Assembly (NCBI GenBank): GCA_947625595.1
Contig: CANQOX010000001.1
Coordinates: forward strand, 2,442 to 66,441
Reading direction: 5' to 3'
DNA length: 64,000 bases
DNA from: an uncultured Clostridia bacterium
GTDB taxonomy: Bacteria > Bacillota > Clostridia > Christensenellales > Borkfalkiaceae
Numbering within the stretch: position 1 is the first letter of the stretch; every line of letters begins with the position of its first letter. The position numbers and the translations under genes are program-made. The notes beneath the pieces are model-generated. The model worked only from the letters and a program-made list of their open reading frames with translations. It was not told the origin of the DNA and did not search any database. Below, in pieces: positions 35,782-44,594 of this stretch.

Positions 35782-38700
35782 TCAATCCGTGAAGGTGAGC
35801 CCGCTTGCGGGGTTGGTGCCCCAAGTGATCTTCGCATGGCGAACGGTTTCGCCCTGCGTGATGGTGTAGATGTCGCCCTCGAGGGTGACTGTCACGACTT
35901 CGCCGCTGACATGGGCGTCGTCAAAGGCGACGTAGACGGCGTTTTCTCCGTTGCCAAGGCGGCGAAGGGTGTACCCGTCTGTGCCTGCGACGGAGCTTTG
36001 GCCTCCCTTCACGAAGTAATCGGTGTAGTGAAGCATGCCATCGCATTCGGCACGGATGACGCCGTCCGCGAGGACCGTTGCCTTGACGCTGACAAATCCG
36101 TCGTCGGGGCTGTAGGCCTTGATGACAAAGGACTTCCTGTCCTCGGCGATCGAGAAGGTCCCGCTGTAGGTGACGTTGCCCGCCACGACATAGGCCATGC
36201 CGTATGTGTCAAGGCGGAGGGAGAAGCTCGTGCCGTAGATGACGCCGTTGCCGTAATTGCCGACGAGGGCGTCGCTGCTATATTTCACCGTGAACACCTG
36301 AACGGCGTAATGGGAGGAAACCTCCTCTCCCTTCACCGTCACCGTGACCGTGAAGTCGTAGAAGCCCGCCTTCATGAAGTTGACACAGTCGGTGTGCAGG
36401 AATTTATCCTTATCGGCGTCGGAGACTTCGCCATCCTTCGTGAGGATGGAGACCCCCTCTTTGAGCTGGGGAAGGCCAGTCACCATCGTGACGTTGACCC
36501 TGACGATCGCGCCGTCGGTGATGTAGGTATTCACGAAATCTTCGCCCGCGAAGACGTCGCTGAAGGAAGTTTTCGGGGTGAGGATGTTGAGAAGGGGCGA
36601 GACGAAGAAGGTCGCCTCCTTGCCGTACGCAAACTTCGGATCGTCGGTGATAAAGGAGATGTGTAGCTCGGAATTTTTCACCGTGTAGCTGAACTGCGTG
36701 GAGGAGTACAGTCTGCCCGTATTGTCCTCATAGAAGTGGCCTGTTCCGTAGCCGTCGAGGAAGAAGCGCAGTTGCCCCCTGTCGTAGACGCCGAAGTAGC
36801 TGTCGCGCTCCTCGAGCGTGAAGGTGCCATGCTCCGTGTCGAGGTCGAACATGTAGGAATACGTGCCGTAGTCCGCATTGGCGAGGTCGTAGAGGAAGAC
36901 CCTTCCGTCCGCGAGTTCCCCGCCGTTCTTCATACTGCTCATGTCGTTGGAGTAGACCCGAACCGCGAGAGTAGTGCCGATGTAGAGTTCATACCAGTTC
37001 TGACTGGTGACCTGAAGCGTCGCCGCGCTGCCGTCGATCGTGCCAGTGAACTTTTTGTCCGTGTAGGGACGGGAAGTGTCCTTCACGACATTGCCCACGG
37101 CCGCCGCCGTCATCGCGAAATGATAGCTTTCGCCGCAGAAGGTGAAGGTGTTCTCATCGCCGACCGCGGAGGAGTATTCGCCGACAAACTCTATGGGCCC
37201 CCGTTTGACTTCATAGACATGGTCGCCGTTCGAAGCCACGAGGATCTTGACGAAGAGACCGTACCAAAGTTCGGTGCCGCCCTCTTTGGCTTTGAGGCGG
37301 GTGGCGTCGATGGAGTAATAGCCGACGGACTCTTTCTGTAAGACGTACCCCTCGCCAAAGTTTACGGTGAGTTTCTCCTGCATCTCCCAGATCGTGTCCT
37401 GGAAGTAGATGAGCGGACGCCTCTGATCGGAAAAGTTCATCGCTGTGCGATTCTCGGGATCGAGGACGACGACGCCGTTGTCGTAGTAGAGGGTGTAGTC
37501 GTTGCCCCTTCCGTCCGCGCCCGTGTGAAGGATCATCGTATTTTCATCGATGCCTGTGACGGAGAAGACGGAAATGCCGTTGAAGCGAATGGAGCCGTCC
37601 GCTTTGATCGTGAGCGCACCGAGGGGCGAAGGCGCTTCGGCGATCGCCATGGGTACATCGAGGGACATCGTATCGGGGTCAAAGTCGCCATAATCCCCCA
37701 TGTCCTCGTCATCGTCCTCCTCTTCCACGGGAATGGTGGTGAGCGACGTGCGGTAAGTGCCGATGAGATCCCGCTCGTAGACGACGACTTTGGCGGTGGC
37801 GGTCAGACCCTCATAGGCGAGGGTCACATAGTAGACCCCCGGGGTGAAGGTGTCGACCTTGCCCGCGATGTTCGCCTGCGGGACGGCGATCTCCTCGCCG
37901 TTGACCGTGATCGTAAAGAGGTCGCGCGTGAAGAGCGTTTCGCCCGTGAAGGAGATCCTGTCCGTTGCGGAGAGGGCGAGCTCGGTCTCCACCTGTACAT
38001 GGAAGGAGACAGTGATCGGGTCGCTTTCCACGCCATAGACGTAGATCGCAAGGCGGACCTCCTGCATCTCGGCAGATGTGAAGTCCAGCTCTCCGCTCAA
38101 GATCTCGTAGTAGACATTGATGACGTTTGCCCAGTCTTTATTTGTCGTAAAGCCCTGATTGTAGCCGTTGATCTTGAGCTGGATATTCTTTGTCGGGTCG
38201 TAGGAGACCGTTCCCCTCGGAAGGAGGACGGGATCCTCCTTCAACGAGAGCTCGTAGTCCGCAGAGACGACGACGTAGGTGATGGTCTTCTCGGTGACTT
38301 CGAGATCGGGGAATTTGGGAGGGAATGACCCCGGGATCTTGGCCTGATCGCCGTAGGAGATAGAGATCTTCGCCGTGCAGGTCCCTTCCTTGGAAAAGTC
38401 CACTTCAGACAGATCCAGACAGGAGTCGGGAATGCGGCGGTAGCGTGCGCCGTTGATGATGACAATGAAATCATCCGCGAAGGGATAGGTGGCCTTGTCT
38501 GTGCCGACGCGCACGGGAATAGTGTCGCCCTTGGCGTAATCGATGATGACGCCGAGTTTGACAGTCACGGTCGCCTCCGCCGTCTCTCCGCCGTAGGTGA
38601 GCGTGATGATGTTGTCCCCCTCCTTGGAGTAATCGATGGCGCCCGAGATCATGTCGTTCGTGACGGGGATAGTTTCGCCGCCCAGCGTAATCGTGAACAG

Positions 38701-39561
38701 GGTCGTGAGGTCGATCGCCTCCGCATTGGGGTAGGTAATGACATTTTTGGGCGTGATGACGAGAGCCGCCTCGTCCACGACCGTGACAGTGACGGTCTGC
38801 GTTGCCGTGACGCCGTCTTTATCATAGTTGAGCGTGACCGCAAAGGTGTCGCCGACCCCCTTCCCCTCGCTCTCCGCCGTCACCATGGAAGGCGTCACCT
38901 GAACCGCGGCGCCGTCCACATAGAGGGAGAAAAGCGACGTATAGTCATACTCCCCGAGTTCACTCACAGGGATCTCGGGGTGGGAAACGGTCAAAATGAC
39001 CTCTGCAGAGTGATCGGGCACGACGTGGACCGTGAGCGTCTTCTGCACTCCGTGATAGGTGACGGTGAAGGTATAGTCCCCCGCCTCGGCCTTCACGTCG
39101 CTCTCTGTCATGTCCTGCGTGATCGTCTCCTTGACGCCGTCCTTCTTGGCAGTGAAGTACTGCAGGAAGTCGGCCGCAGACACATTGGAGACCTTCACCG
39201 TGACTTCAGAAGTCGCGAGATCGAGCGTAAAGACGGCCTCTCTCACGGTGACAGAGACGTGTGCGGTCTGCCCGCCGTAAGTACAGGTGACGTCGTATGT
39301 CCCCGCCTCCGCCTTGACGGCGGAAGCGTCGACGTGGGACGGGAGGACGTCTGTCGCCTCCCCGTCCACGGTGATCGTAAAGAGGGATGTGAAATCGTAC
39401 GAAGCGATCTCATCATCTGTGAGCTCAATGCTCTCCTGCACGGCGGTCACAACGACCGTCTTTCCGTTCAGGTCATCATTCTGTTGAGTTCCGCCGCAGG
39501 CGGAAAGGATGAGTGCAAGCATGGCGCACAGAAGACCAAGATACTTTATAAGGCGTTTCAT
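35782..39561 (-). CDS. Large surface lipoprotein (1259 aa) with about 7 Ig-like repeats and a 650-aa unknown C-terminal region
   Basis: Lipobox LILSAC. Repeats of the type D..SLFTITVDGE...V......G.Y.VT..YGG.TA..TVTV. I recognise no catalytic motif. Confidence 0.85.
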   Translation of the reverse strand: MKRLIKYLGLLCAMLALILSACGGTQQNDDLNGKTVVVTAVQESIELTDDEIASYDFTSLFTITVDGEATDVLPSHVDASAVKAEAGTYDVTCTYGGQTAHVSVTVREAVFTLDLATSEVTVKVSNVSAADFLQYFTAKKDGVKETITQDMTESDVKAEAGDYTFTVTYHGVQKTLTVHVVPDHSAEVILTVSHPEIPVSELGEYDYTSLFSLYVDGAAVQVTPSMVTAESEGKGVGDTFAVTLNYDKDGVTATQTVTVTVVDEAALVITPKNVITYPNAEAIDLTTLFTITLGGETIPVTNDMISGAIDYSKEGDNIITLTYGGETAEATVTVKLGVIIDYAKGDTIPVRVGTDKATYPFADDFIVIINGARYRRIPDSCLDLSEVDFSKEGTCTAKISISYGDQAKIPGSFPPKFPDLEVTEKTITYVVVSADYELSLKEDPVLLPRGTVSYDPTKNIQLKINGYNQGFTTNKDWANVINVYYEILSGELDFTSAEMQEVRLAIYVYGVESDPITVSFHVQVETELALSATDRISFTGETLFTRDLFTITVNGEEIAVPQANIAGKVDTFTPGVYYVTLAYEGLTATAKVVVYERDLIGTYRTSLTTIPVEEEDDDEDMGDYGDFDPDTMSLDVPMAIAEAPSPLGALTIKADGSIRFNGISVFSVTGIDENTMILHTGADGRGNDYTLYYDNGVVVLDPENRTAMNFSDQRRPLIYFQDTIWEMQEKLTVNFGEGYVLQKESVGYYSIDATRLKAKEGGTELWYGLFVKILVASNGDHVYEVKRGPIEFVGEYSSAVGDENTFTFCGESYHFAMTAAAVGNVVKDTSRPYTDKKFTGTIDGSAATLQVTSQNWYELYIGTTLAVRVYSNDMSSMKNGGELADGRVFLYDLANADYGTYSYMFDLDTEHGTFTLEERDSYFGVYDRGQLRFFLDGYGTGHFYEDNTGRLYSSTQFSYTVKNSELHISFITDDPKFAYGKEATFFVSPLLNILTPKTSFSDVFAGEDFVNTYITDGAIVRVNVTMVTGLPQLKEGVSILTKDGEVSDADKDKFLHTDCVNFMKAGFYDFTVTVTVKGEEVSSHYAVQVFTVKYSSDALVGNYGNGVIYGTSFSLRLDTYGMAYVVAGNVTYSGTFSIAEDRKSFVIKAYSPDDGFVSVKATVLADGVIRAECDGMLHYTDYFVKGGQSSVAGTDGYTLRRLGNGENAVYVAFDDAHVSGEVVTVTLEGDIYTITQGETVRHAKITWGTNPASGLTFTD

Positions 39562-39587
39562 GTGCTTGCCTCCTTTTCAGAAATGGA

Positions 39588-42047
39588 TCAGTCCCTCGAC
39601 AGATGCCACTCGCCGATCTTGTAGAGATCGAAGAAGAAATTCTTCGTGTTGTTGCTCTCGACGACCATCATGACGCCTGCACTGGTATTCAGATAGGTCG
39701 CGAAATAGCTCGATTCGGGATTGCTGGGGGTGCGGAGCCCCGAATTCGCGTTGTCATACGTCCACGCGCTGTTGACCTTCTTGAGTTCTGTCAGGAGCGT
39801 TCCGCTCGGGCCGAGAATGCTCTCGATGTCGATGGGCCGTCCGTTCCTGTCGAGGCGGGAGTCGTCATTGTTCATCGCGCAGTTGAAGGAGAAATTCTCG
39901 CGGACTGTCTCATCTGCCAATGTGGAATAATCGAACCAAGGGCCGTTGATGTCGTCGCTGATGAGGTTCATGATGACCTCGGGCTTGGGCATATCGGCGT
40001 TGATGTTGGCATTGGGGAACATGTGCGCAAGGACTGTGGAAGCGACCTCGTCTGTCCGCTCGCTCGTGTGCGACGGGTCGAAGTCGTGGGCGGTGTACTT
40101 ATCCCATGTATCTCTCCAGACCCTCTGCGTATAGTACGCTTCGTCGAAGGCATTGGCGAGGAGCTTCGTGTTCCCGAAGTCCGAATAGGTCGTCGTGATG
40201 ATGCCGCTGTAGTCGCCGCCGAGATATGCGTAAGGGTACTTCGTCTGGAGAATGGTCGCATTGTCGTTTTCGTCCACGGCAACGGTAATGGTCAGCGTTG
40301 CGAAGGCCGCGGCATCGCCGTTCGCAGCCATGTTGTCTGCGGCGATCTGGCGGGACACATCGTTCGTGATCAAGGAATCGCGGAGGGTGAAAATATACGC
40401 GTTATAATTCTTATTGCCGACCCTAACTATAGTGGGTCCGAAGGATTCGAAGATGTTGGGCGAGAAGGACCACTGGGGCATCGCCTTCTCGAAGAAGTTG
40501 CCCTGCCTGCGCTCCACGCCAATGAGCCCTTTGACGGTGGTGTAGACCTGCTCATCGTCGATGACCTCGAAGTAAGCGCCATCTCCGCTGCCGTACTGAC
40601 GGTAGCCGCTGTAGTTGAAGTTGTAGTCATTCCCGTCCATGGAGGCAGAGTACATGCCGACCGTCTCAAAGATAGCGGCGTTCTCCGTCACATATCCCTT
40701 CGTGCCGACGGTGCCGCGCGAGGCGGCGTGTTTGAAATAATATTGGTCGCCCGTTGCAACGGGGACGGCCTTTGCGATCGTCGATGCGCCGCCCGTGAAG
40801 GACTCCATCTCATAGTCGCCTGCGTCATAGTCGGGGGCGGAGACGGCGGTGTCCACTGCTGTGAAGGTGTAGTTCCTCGCGGCCTTCATCGTGTCGATGA
40901 CCTGCTCCAGATACTTTGCGCCCTCGGGTGCGTCGTAGGGCTTGGGATCGGGAACGACCGTCTCTCCGACGTCGGAGATCGTGAGCTCCACTTCGGTATA
41001 GGCGCGCGATACGACGGTCTCGCCGTCGCCTGCAAACCATTCCTTTACTGCGGTCTGCGCCCAGATGCCCGTCACCTTGTCGCCCGTCATCTTGAGACGG
41101 AAAGCCGTGAAGTTGTCCTCAACCATGGCGGTAAAGGAGACTGCGAAATAGGCCATGAGGTATTCGTCCTTGCTCGCGTCGGTATCGTAGGGTCCGCTCG
41201 TGACGATGTTATAGATGTACTCATCTTCCGTCGCGTCGTATGTGAACTTCTCGCTGATATTGCCGAGGTTATCGATGTGATTCCAGAGGTGCTGGCTCTC
41301 CCACGAGAACGGAACACTCATGTAGTTGGTCTCGGGCCTCTCCTCCACTTCGTTGTCCTTGTTGATGAAAACGCTCGTGAGGGCGTGCCCCTGCGTGCCG
41401 AACTGCTCGCCCATGCGATAGTTCGAAGCGATGACATTCTCCTCATTCTCGTCCCCGATGGGATTGAATGCGCCGTACCATTTGCCCGTATCCATCATGA
41501 CGACGGAATGATAGGCCGTCTCATAGCTGTTGGCGGAGTAGTTGAGGTCCTCATAGACGTCGGTCACGGTGCCCGAAACGGTGAGATTGGGACCCGCGAC
41601 GGCCTCAAGGGCGGCCGCAGTGAGCGAACCGACCTCGCCCGTGAGATTGGGCTTGACCGTGAAGGTGTGCGAAGCGGTCTTGGTTTTGTCCGCGTCGGCC
41701 GTGGCGGTGACGGTGACAGAGGTATCGAGTTCTACGTCCTTTGCGACCGTAACGACGTCTTCATCGCTGACCGCAAGGATGTCGCTCGCCTTGCCCTCGC
41801 TGTCCGTGACAGACCAAGCGTACTTCTTATTCGTGGTGTTCGTGATCGTGACGGTGAGCGTGACCTGCTCGCCCTTCTTGATCTCATTGGGAACGCCCGC
41901 ACCGATGGAGATCGTAACTGCGGGGACCTCGGGCTCGGGATCATCGCCAGTCGGATCCGTCGTATTGCCGCAGGCCGCAAAGGAACAGCACAGAATGCCC
42001 GCAAGCAACATGGAAAGGATGCTCTTGAACAAATTTGCCTTTTTCAT
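39588..42047 (-). CDS. Surface lipoprotein (819 aa): Big_2-like domain + unknown approx 650-aa region; paralogue of 42082..44487
   Basis: Lipobox CSFAAC. Ig-like block VTLTVTITNTTNKKYAWSVTDSEGKASDILAVSDEDVVTV. SD gagga is present. Confidence 0.85.
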   Translation of the reverse strand: MKKANLFKSILSMLLAGILCCSFAACGNTTDPTGDDPEPEVPAVTISIGAGVPNEIKKGEQVTLTVTITNTTNKKYAWSVTDSEGKASDILAVSDEDVVTVAKDVELDTSVTVTATADADKTKTASHTFTVKPNLTGEVGSLTAAALEAVAGPNLTVSGTVTDVYEDLNYSANSYETAYHSVVMMDTGKWYGAFNPIGDENEENVIASNYRMGEQFGTQGHALTSVFINKDNEVEERPETNYMSVPFSWESQHLWNHIDNLGNISEKFTYDATEDEYIYNIVTSGPYDTDASKDEYLMAYFAVSFTAMVEDNFTAFRLKMTGDKVTGIWAQTAVKEWFAGDGETVVSRAYTEVELTISDVGETVVPDPKPYDAPEGAKYLEQVIDTMKAARNYTFTAVDTAVSAPDYDAGDYEMESFTGGASTIAKAVPVATGDQYYFKHAASRGTVGTKGYVTENAAIFETVGMYSASMDGNDYNFNYSGYRQYGSGDGAYFEVIDDEQVYTTVKGLIGVERRQGNFFEKAMPQWSFSPNIFESFGPTIVRVGNKNYNAYIFTLRDSLITNDVSRQIAADNMAANGDAAAFATLTITVAVDENDNATILQTKYPYAYLGGDYSGIITTTYSDFGNTKLLANAFDEAYYTQRVWRDTWDKYTAHDFDPSHTSERTDEVASTVLAHMFPNANINADMPKPEVIMNLISDDINGPWFDYSTLADETVRENFSFNCAMNNDDSRLDRNGRPIDIESILGPSGTLLTELKKVNSAWTYDNANSGLRTPSNPESSYFATYLNTSAGVMMVVESNNTKNFFFDLYKIGEWHLSRD

Positions 42048-42081
42048 TCTTTATTTCCTCACTTCTAAAATGTTTTTTTCT

Positions 42082-44487
42082 TTATTCGGTGATTTCGGGC
42101 GTCTCGGCGGAGTTGACCCAAACATAGATGAAGAGCTGGGCCTGCTCGTCAGAGATCGCCACGGACAATTTCTCGCCCTCGTACTCGTAGGAAGTGCCGT
42201 TTTCGCCCTCCCTGACGCCCGAGGAGGTGTAGCCGTGCGCCTCGAGGAAGGCTTTGACCTTGTTGATCGAGGAATCGATCGTGTAGTCAAGGTCGGCGGG
42301 GACGTCATACCAAAGGCTGACAGCATAGTGCGTCTTTCCCTTCGAATCGCGGTAGAAGTACTCCATTGCAAACCCGAAGCAGTCACCGAGGGCTTCTCCG
42401 AAGAAGGGAATGCCCTCCTCCGTTTCCAAATACTCCTGCGCGTGCTTTTCAAACGGCTCCGTCGCAAGCTCCTTATCCTGCGGGTTGAAGAGGGTCCCAC
42501 TCCAATCTGTGGGGACTTCCCTTTCTGTAAAGGTGATCTCCTTGTCGATCGTCGCGGTGTTGAAATCGGAAAATTCGATCTCAATGACGCCCGAGAGATA
42601 GCCCATGTTGTAGTAGAACATCATCTCGGTGATGTAGCCGTCCTTCACCGTGACGCTCGGCCTGATATACCGCGTGCCCGTGGACCCGAGCGCGGCATAC
42701 ATTCCATAGAGCTGGTCGAGGATATCGACATAGTGGTAGAATTCGGTGGCGACCATAAACATGCCGTCCGCGACTTCGTAGTACATGTCGAAGTCATCCC
42801 CCGCCTGCGGCTTCGCGTAATTTGTGAAGATCTCGGCGGCAAAGTTGAGCCCCATACAGCCCTCCTTCATGTCGCCCTCAAAGGCGCGGACCGCGGAGTA
42901 GACGGGAGTTGTGTCGGAAGGCGTATCCTCCGTCTCATCGGGATCGATGGGATTTTCGAGCACAAATTGGTCGTAAAGGCCCTTTTCGCCCGCACCGTTC
43001 GGCTCTCTCACCTGCTTGTAGCCGTACTGAATGCCGTTGAAATGATAGACGGGCGGATAGCCCTCTGTCTCGAGGTCGTAGTCCCAATCGAAGTCCTCAT
43101 AGAGGATGACGTCCTCGGTGACAGTCTCTTTGTAGCCCTCGAGGGCGATACTGCTCCCCGTGAGAGGGCTCTGCTCGAGCTTTCTGAAGATCATCGTGTA
43201 GCTCTTAAGGGCGTGCATGTTGTCGAGCGCGTCCTTGAGAGGCTTGTGGATCTCTTCGTCGTAAGTGAATTTCGAGATCGTGTGGACCTCCACGTCCGTA
43301 AAGTTGAGGGTGGAAGTCAAGGTCATGTAGGAGTCGTACCCCGAGGAGACCTGCTTGTCGACGTCGCTCTGGGAGATGAAGCCGACGACCGCGCCCTCAT
43401 CGATGAGAAGCCAGAGGGCAATGGGTTTGAAATCGTAGGGGTTGGAGGAGGCGACCATGCGCTCCATGAAAGTTTTATCTGCACCGACGTACTTCCAGCC
43501 GTAGTTGTCATCGTCGTATTCGAAATCGCTGACTTTGAGGTTCTGCGGGTGGTCCGCCGTGCCCTTGAAGCAGTTGTAGAGGCCAGAATTGTACCAGTCG
43601 ATCTCGCTTCCGTCCTCGCCGATCATGGGATAGTACTCCTCCTCGTTCATGAGGGTGACGGAGACCATGCTCGGCTTGCCATTGTGCTTTGTATAATAGA
43701 TCTCGCGCGAGAGGCCGTCGCCCGTTTCATACTGGGCGTACCAATTTGTCCCGTCCATGGCCGTCGTCGTGTCGAGATGGGCGCTTCCCGCATACTGGGG
43801 ACGGGAACCGATGGTGTACATCTCGATGTCAATACTGCTCATGAATTCGACGGTGTCGCTCACGGACACCTCGTCGAGCATCGCCTGCGTCAGGTCGGCC
43901 TTGACGCGGACAGTGACCCTCTTTTCGGCAAATTTGCCCGTGTTGGCGACGCTCGTCGCGCGGATCATGACGGGCGTATCGCCGTCCACGTCCTTTGCCG
44001 TAAGGACGCCGTCCTGCGAGATCGAGGCGGCATCTCCGCCAGACACGATCGACCAAGTGACGGTCGCGGGCGTTGCACCCGTGACGGTCGCGGTGTATGT
44101 CTTGGTCGTGCCTTCGAGAATGGAGGAGTCGCCCTGAATGGAGACGACGGCCGCGGGAGCCGTGTAGGTCATGGTCGCCGCGTCCGAATCCTCATAGCCC
44201 GCCGCCTTCGCGACGACGCTGTAAGTAAAGTCGTGCGTCGGGAGGCTGTCAAGCTGATACTGCGTCGCAGTGAGGTCGTGGGCGTCCCCGTCCACCGTCA
44301 GGGTGTAAGAGGAAGCGTGCTCCACATAGCTCCAGCTGATGAGGCCTTCTGCGGATAAGTTAAGGTCCTGCGGGGTCGCAAGCTTGGTCCCCTCTCCCTC
44401 GATCGGGCCGTCATTTCCGCCGCCTGCACAGGCGGCAAGGCTCACAGCCATAACGACAGCCAATAAAATGCTTAAAACTTTTTTCAT
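42082..44487 (-). CDS. Surface lipoprotein (801 aa): Big_2-like domain + unknown approx 600-aa region
   Basis: Lipobox VSLAAC. Block YTATVTGATPATVTWSIVSGGDAASISQDGVLTA. Shared blocks with the 819-aa neighbour: L.DALDNMHALKSYT versus LEQVIDTMKAARNYT, and GVIEIEFSDFNTA versus GIITTTYSDFGNT. Confidence 0.85.
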   Translation of the reverse strand: MKKVLSILLAVVMAVSLAACAGGGNDGPIEGEGTKLATPQDLNLSAEGLISWSYVEHASSYTLTVDGDAHDLTATQYQLDSLPTHDFTYSVVAKAAGYEDSDAATMTYTAPAAVVSIQGDSSILEGTTKTYTATVTGATPATVTWSIVSGGDAASISQDGVLTAKDVDGDTPVMIRATSVANTGKFAEKRVTVRVKADLTQAMLDEVSVSDTVEFMSSIDIEMYTIGSRPQYAGSAHLDTTTAMDGTNWYAQYETGDGLSREIYYTKHNGKPSMVSVTLMNEEEYYPMIGEDGSEIDWYNSGLYNCFKGTADHPQNLKVSDFEYDDDNYGWKYVGADKTFMERMVASSNPYDFKPIALWLLIDEGAVVGFISQSDVDKQVSSGYDSYMTLTSTLNFTDVEVHTISKFTYDEEIHKPLKDALDNMHALKSYTMIFRKLEQSPLTGSSIALEGYKETVTEDVILYEDFDWDYDLETEGYPPVYHFNGIQYGYKQVREPNGAGEKGLYDQFVLENPIDPDETEDTPSDTTPVYSAVRAFEGDMKEGCMGLNFAAEIFTNYAKPQAGDDFDMYYEVADGMFMVATEFYHYVDILDQLYGMYAALGSTGTRYIRPSVTVKDGYITEMMFYYNMGYLSGVIEIEFSDFNTATIDKEITFTEREVPTDWSGTLFNPQDKELATEPFEKHAQEYLETEEGIPFFGEALGDCFGFAMEYFYRDSKGKTHYAVSLWYDVPADLDYTIDSSINKVKAFLEAHGYTSSGVREGENGTSYEYEGEKLSVAISDEQAQLFIYVWVNSAETPEITE

Positions 44488-44527
44488 TGCTATCTCCGAA
44501 GTTCTGCGATGTTCTAATATGTTGTTT

Positions 44528-44563
44528 GGGGATACGCATTGGAAATGCGTATCCCCGTTTTTT
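44528..44563. other. Perfect 12-bp stem-loop between the S8 protease gene and the 801-aa gene; its T-tract is on the non-coding (+) strand
   Basis: ggggatacgcat-tggaa-atgcgtatcccc, then gTTTTTT on the + strand. On the gene (minus) strand the hairpin is followed by aaacaac. Confidence 0.7.
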
Positions 44564-44594
44564 CGTAGAAAAAACGACTTTTCGTTTGAAATTT

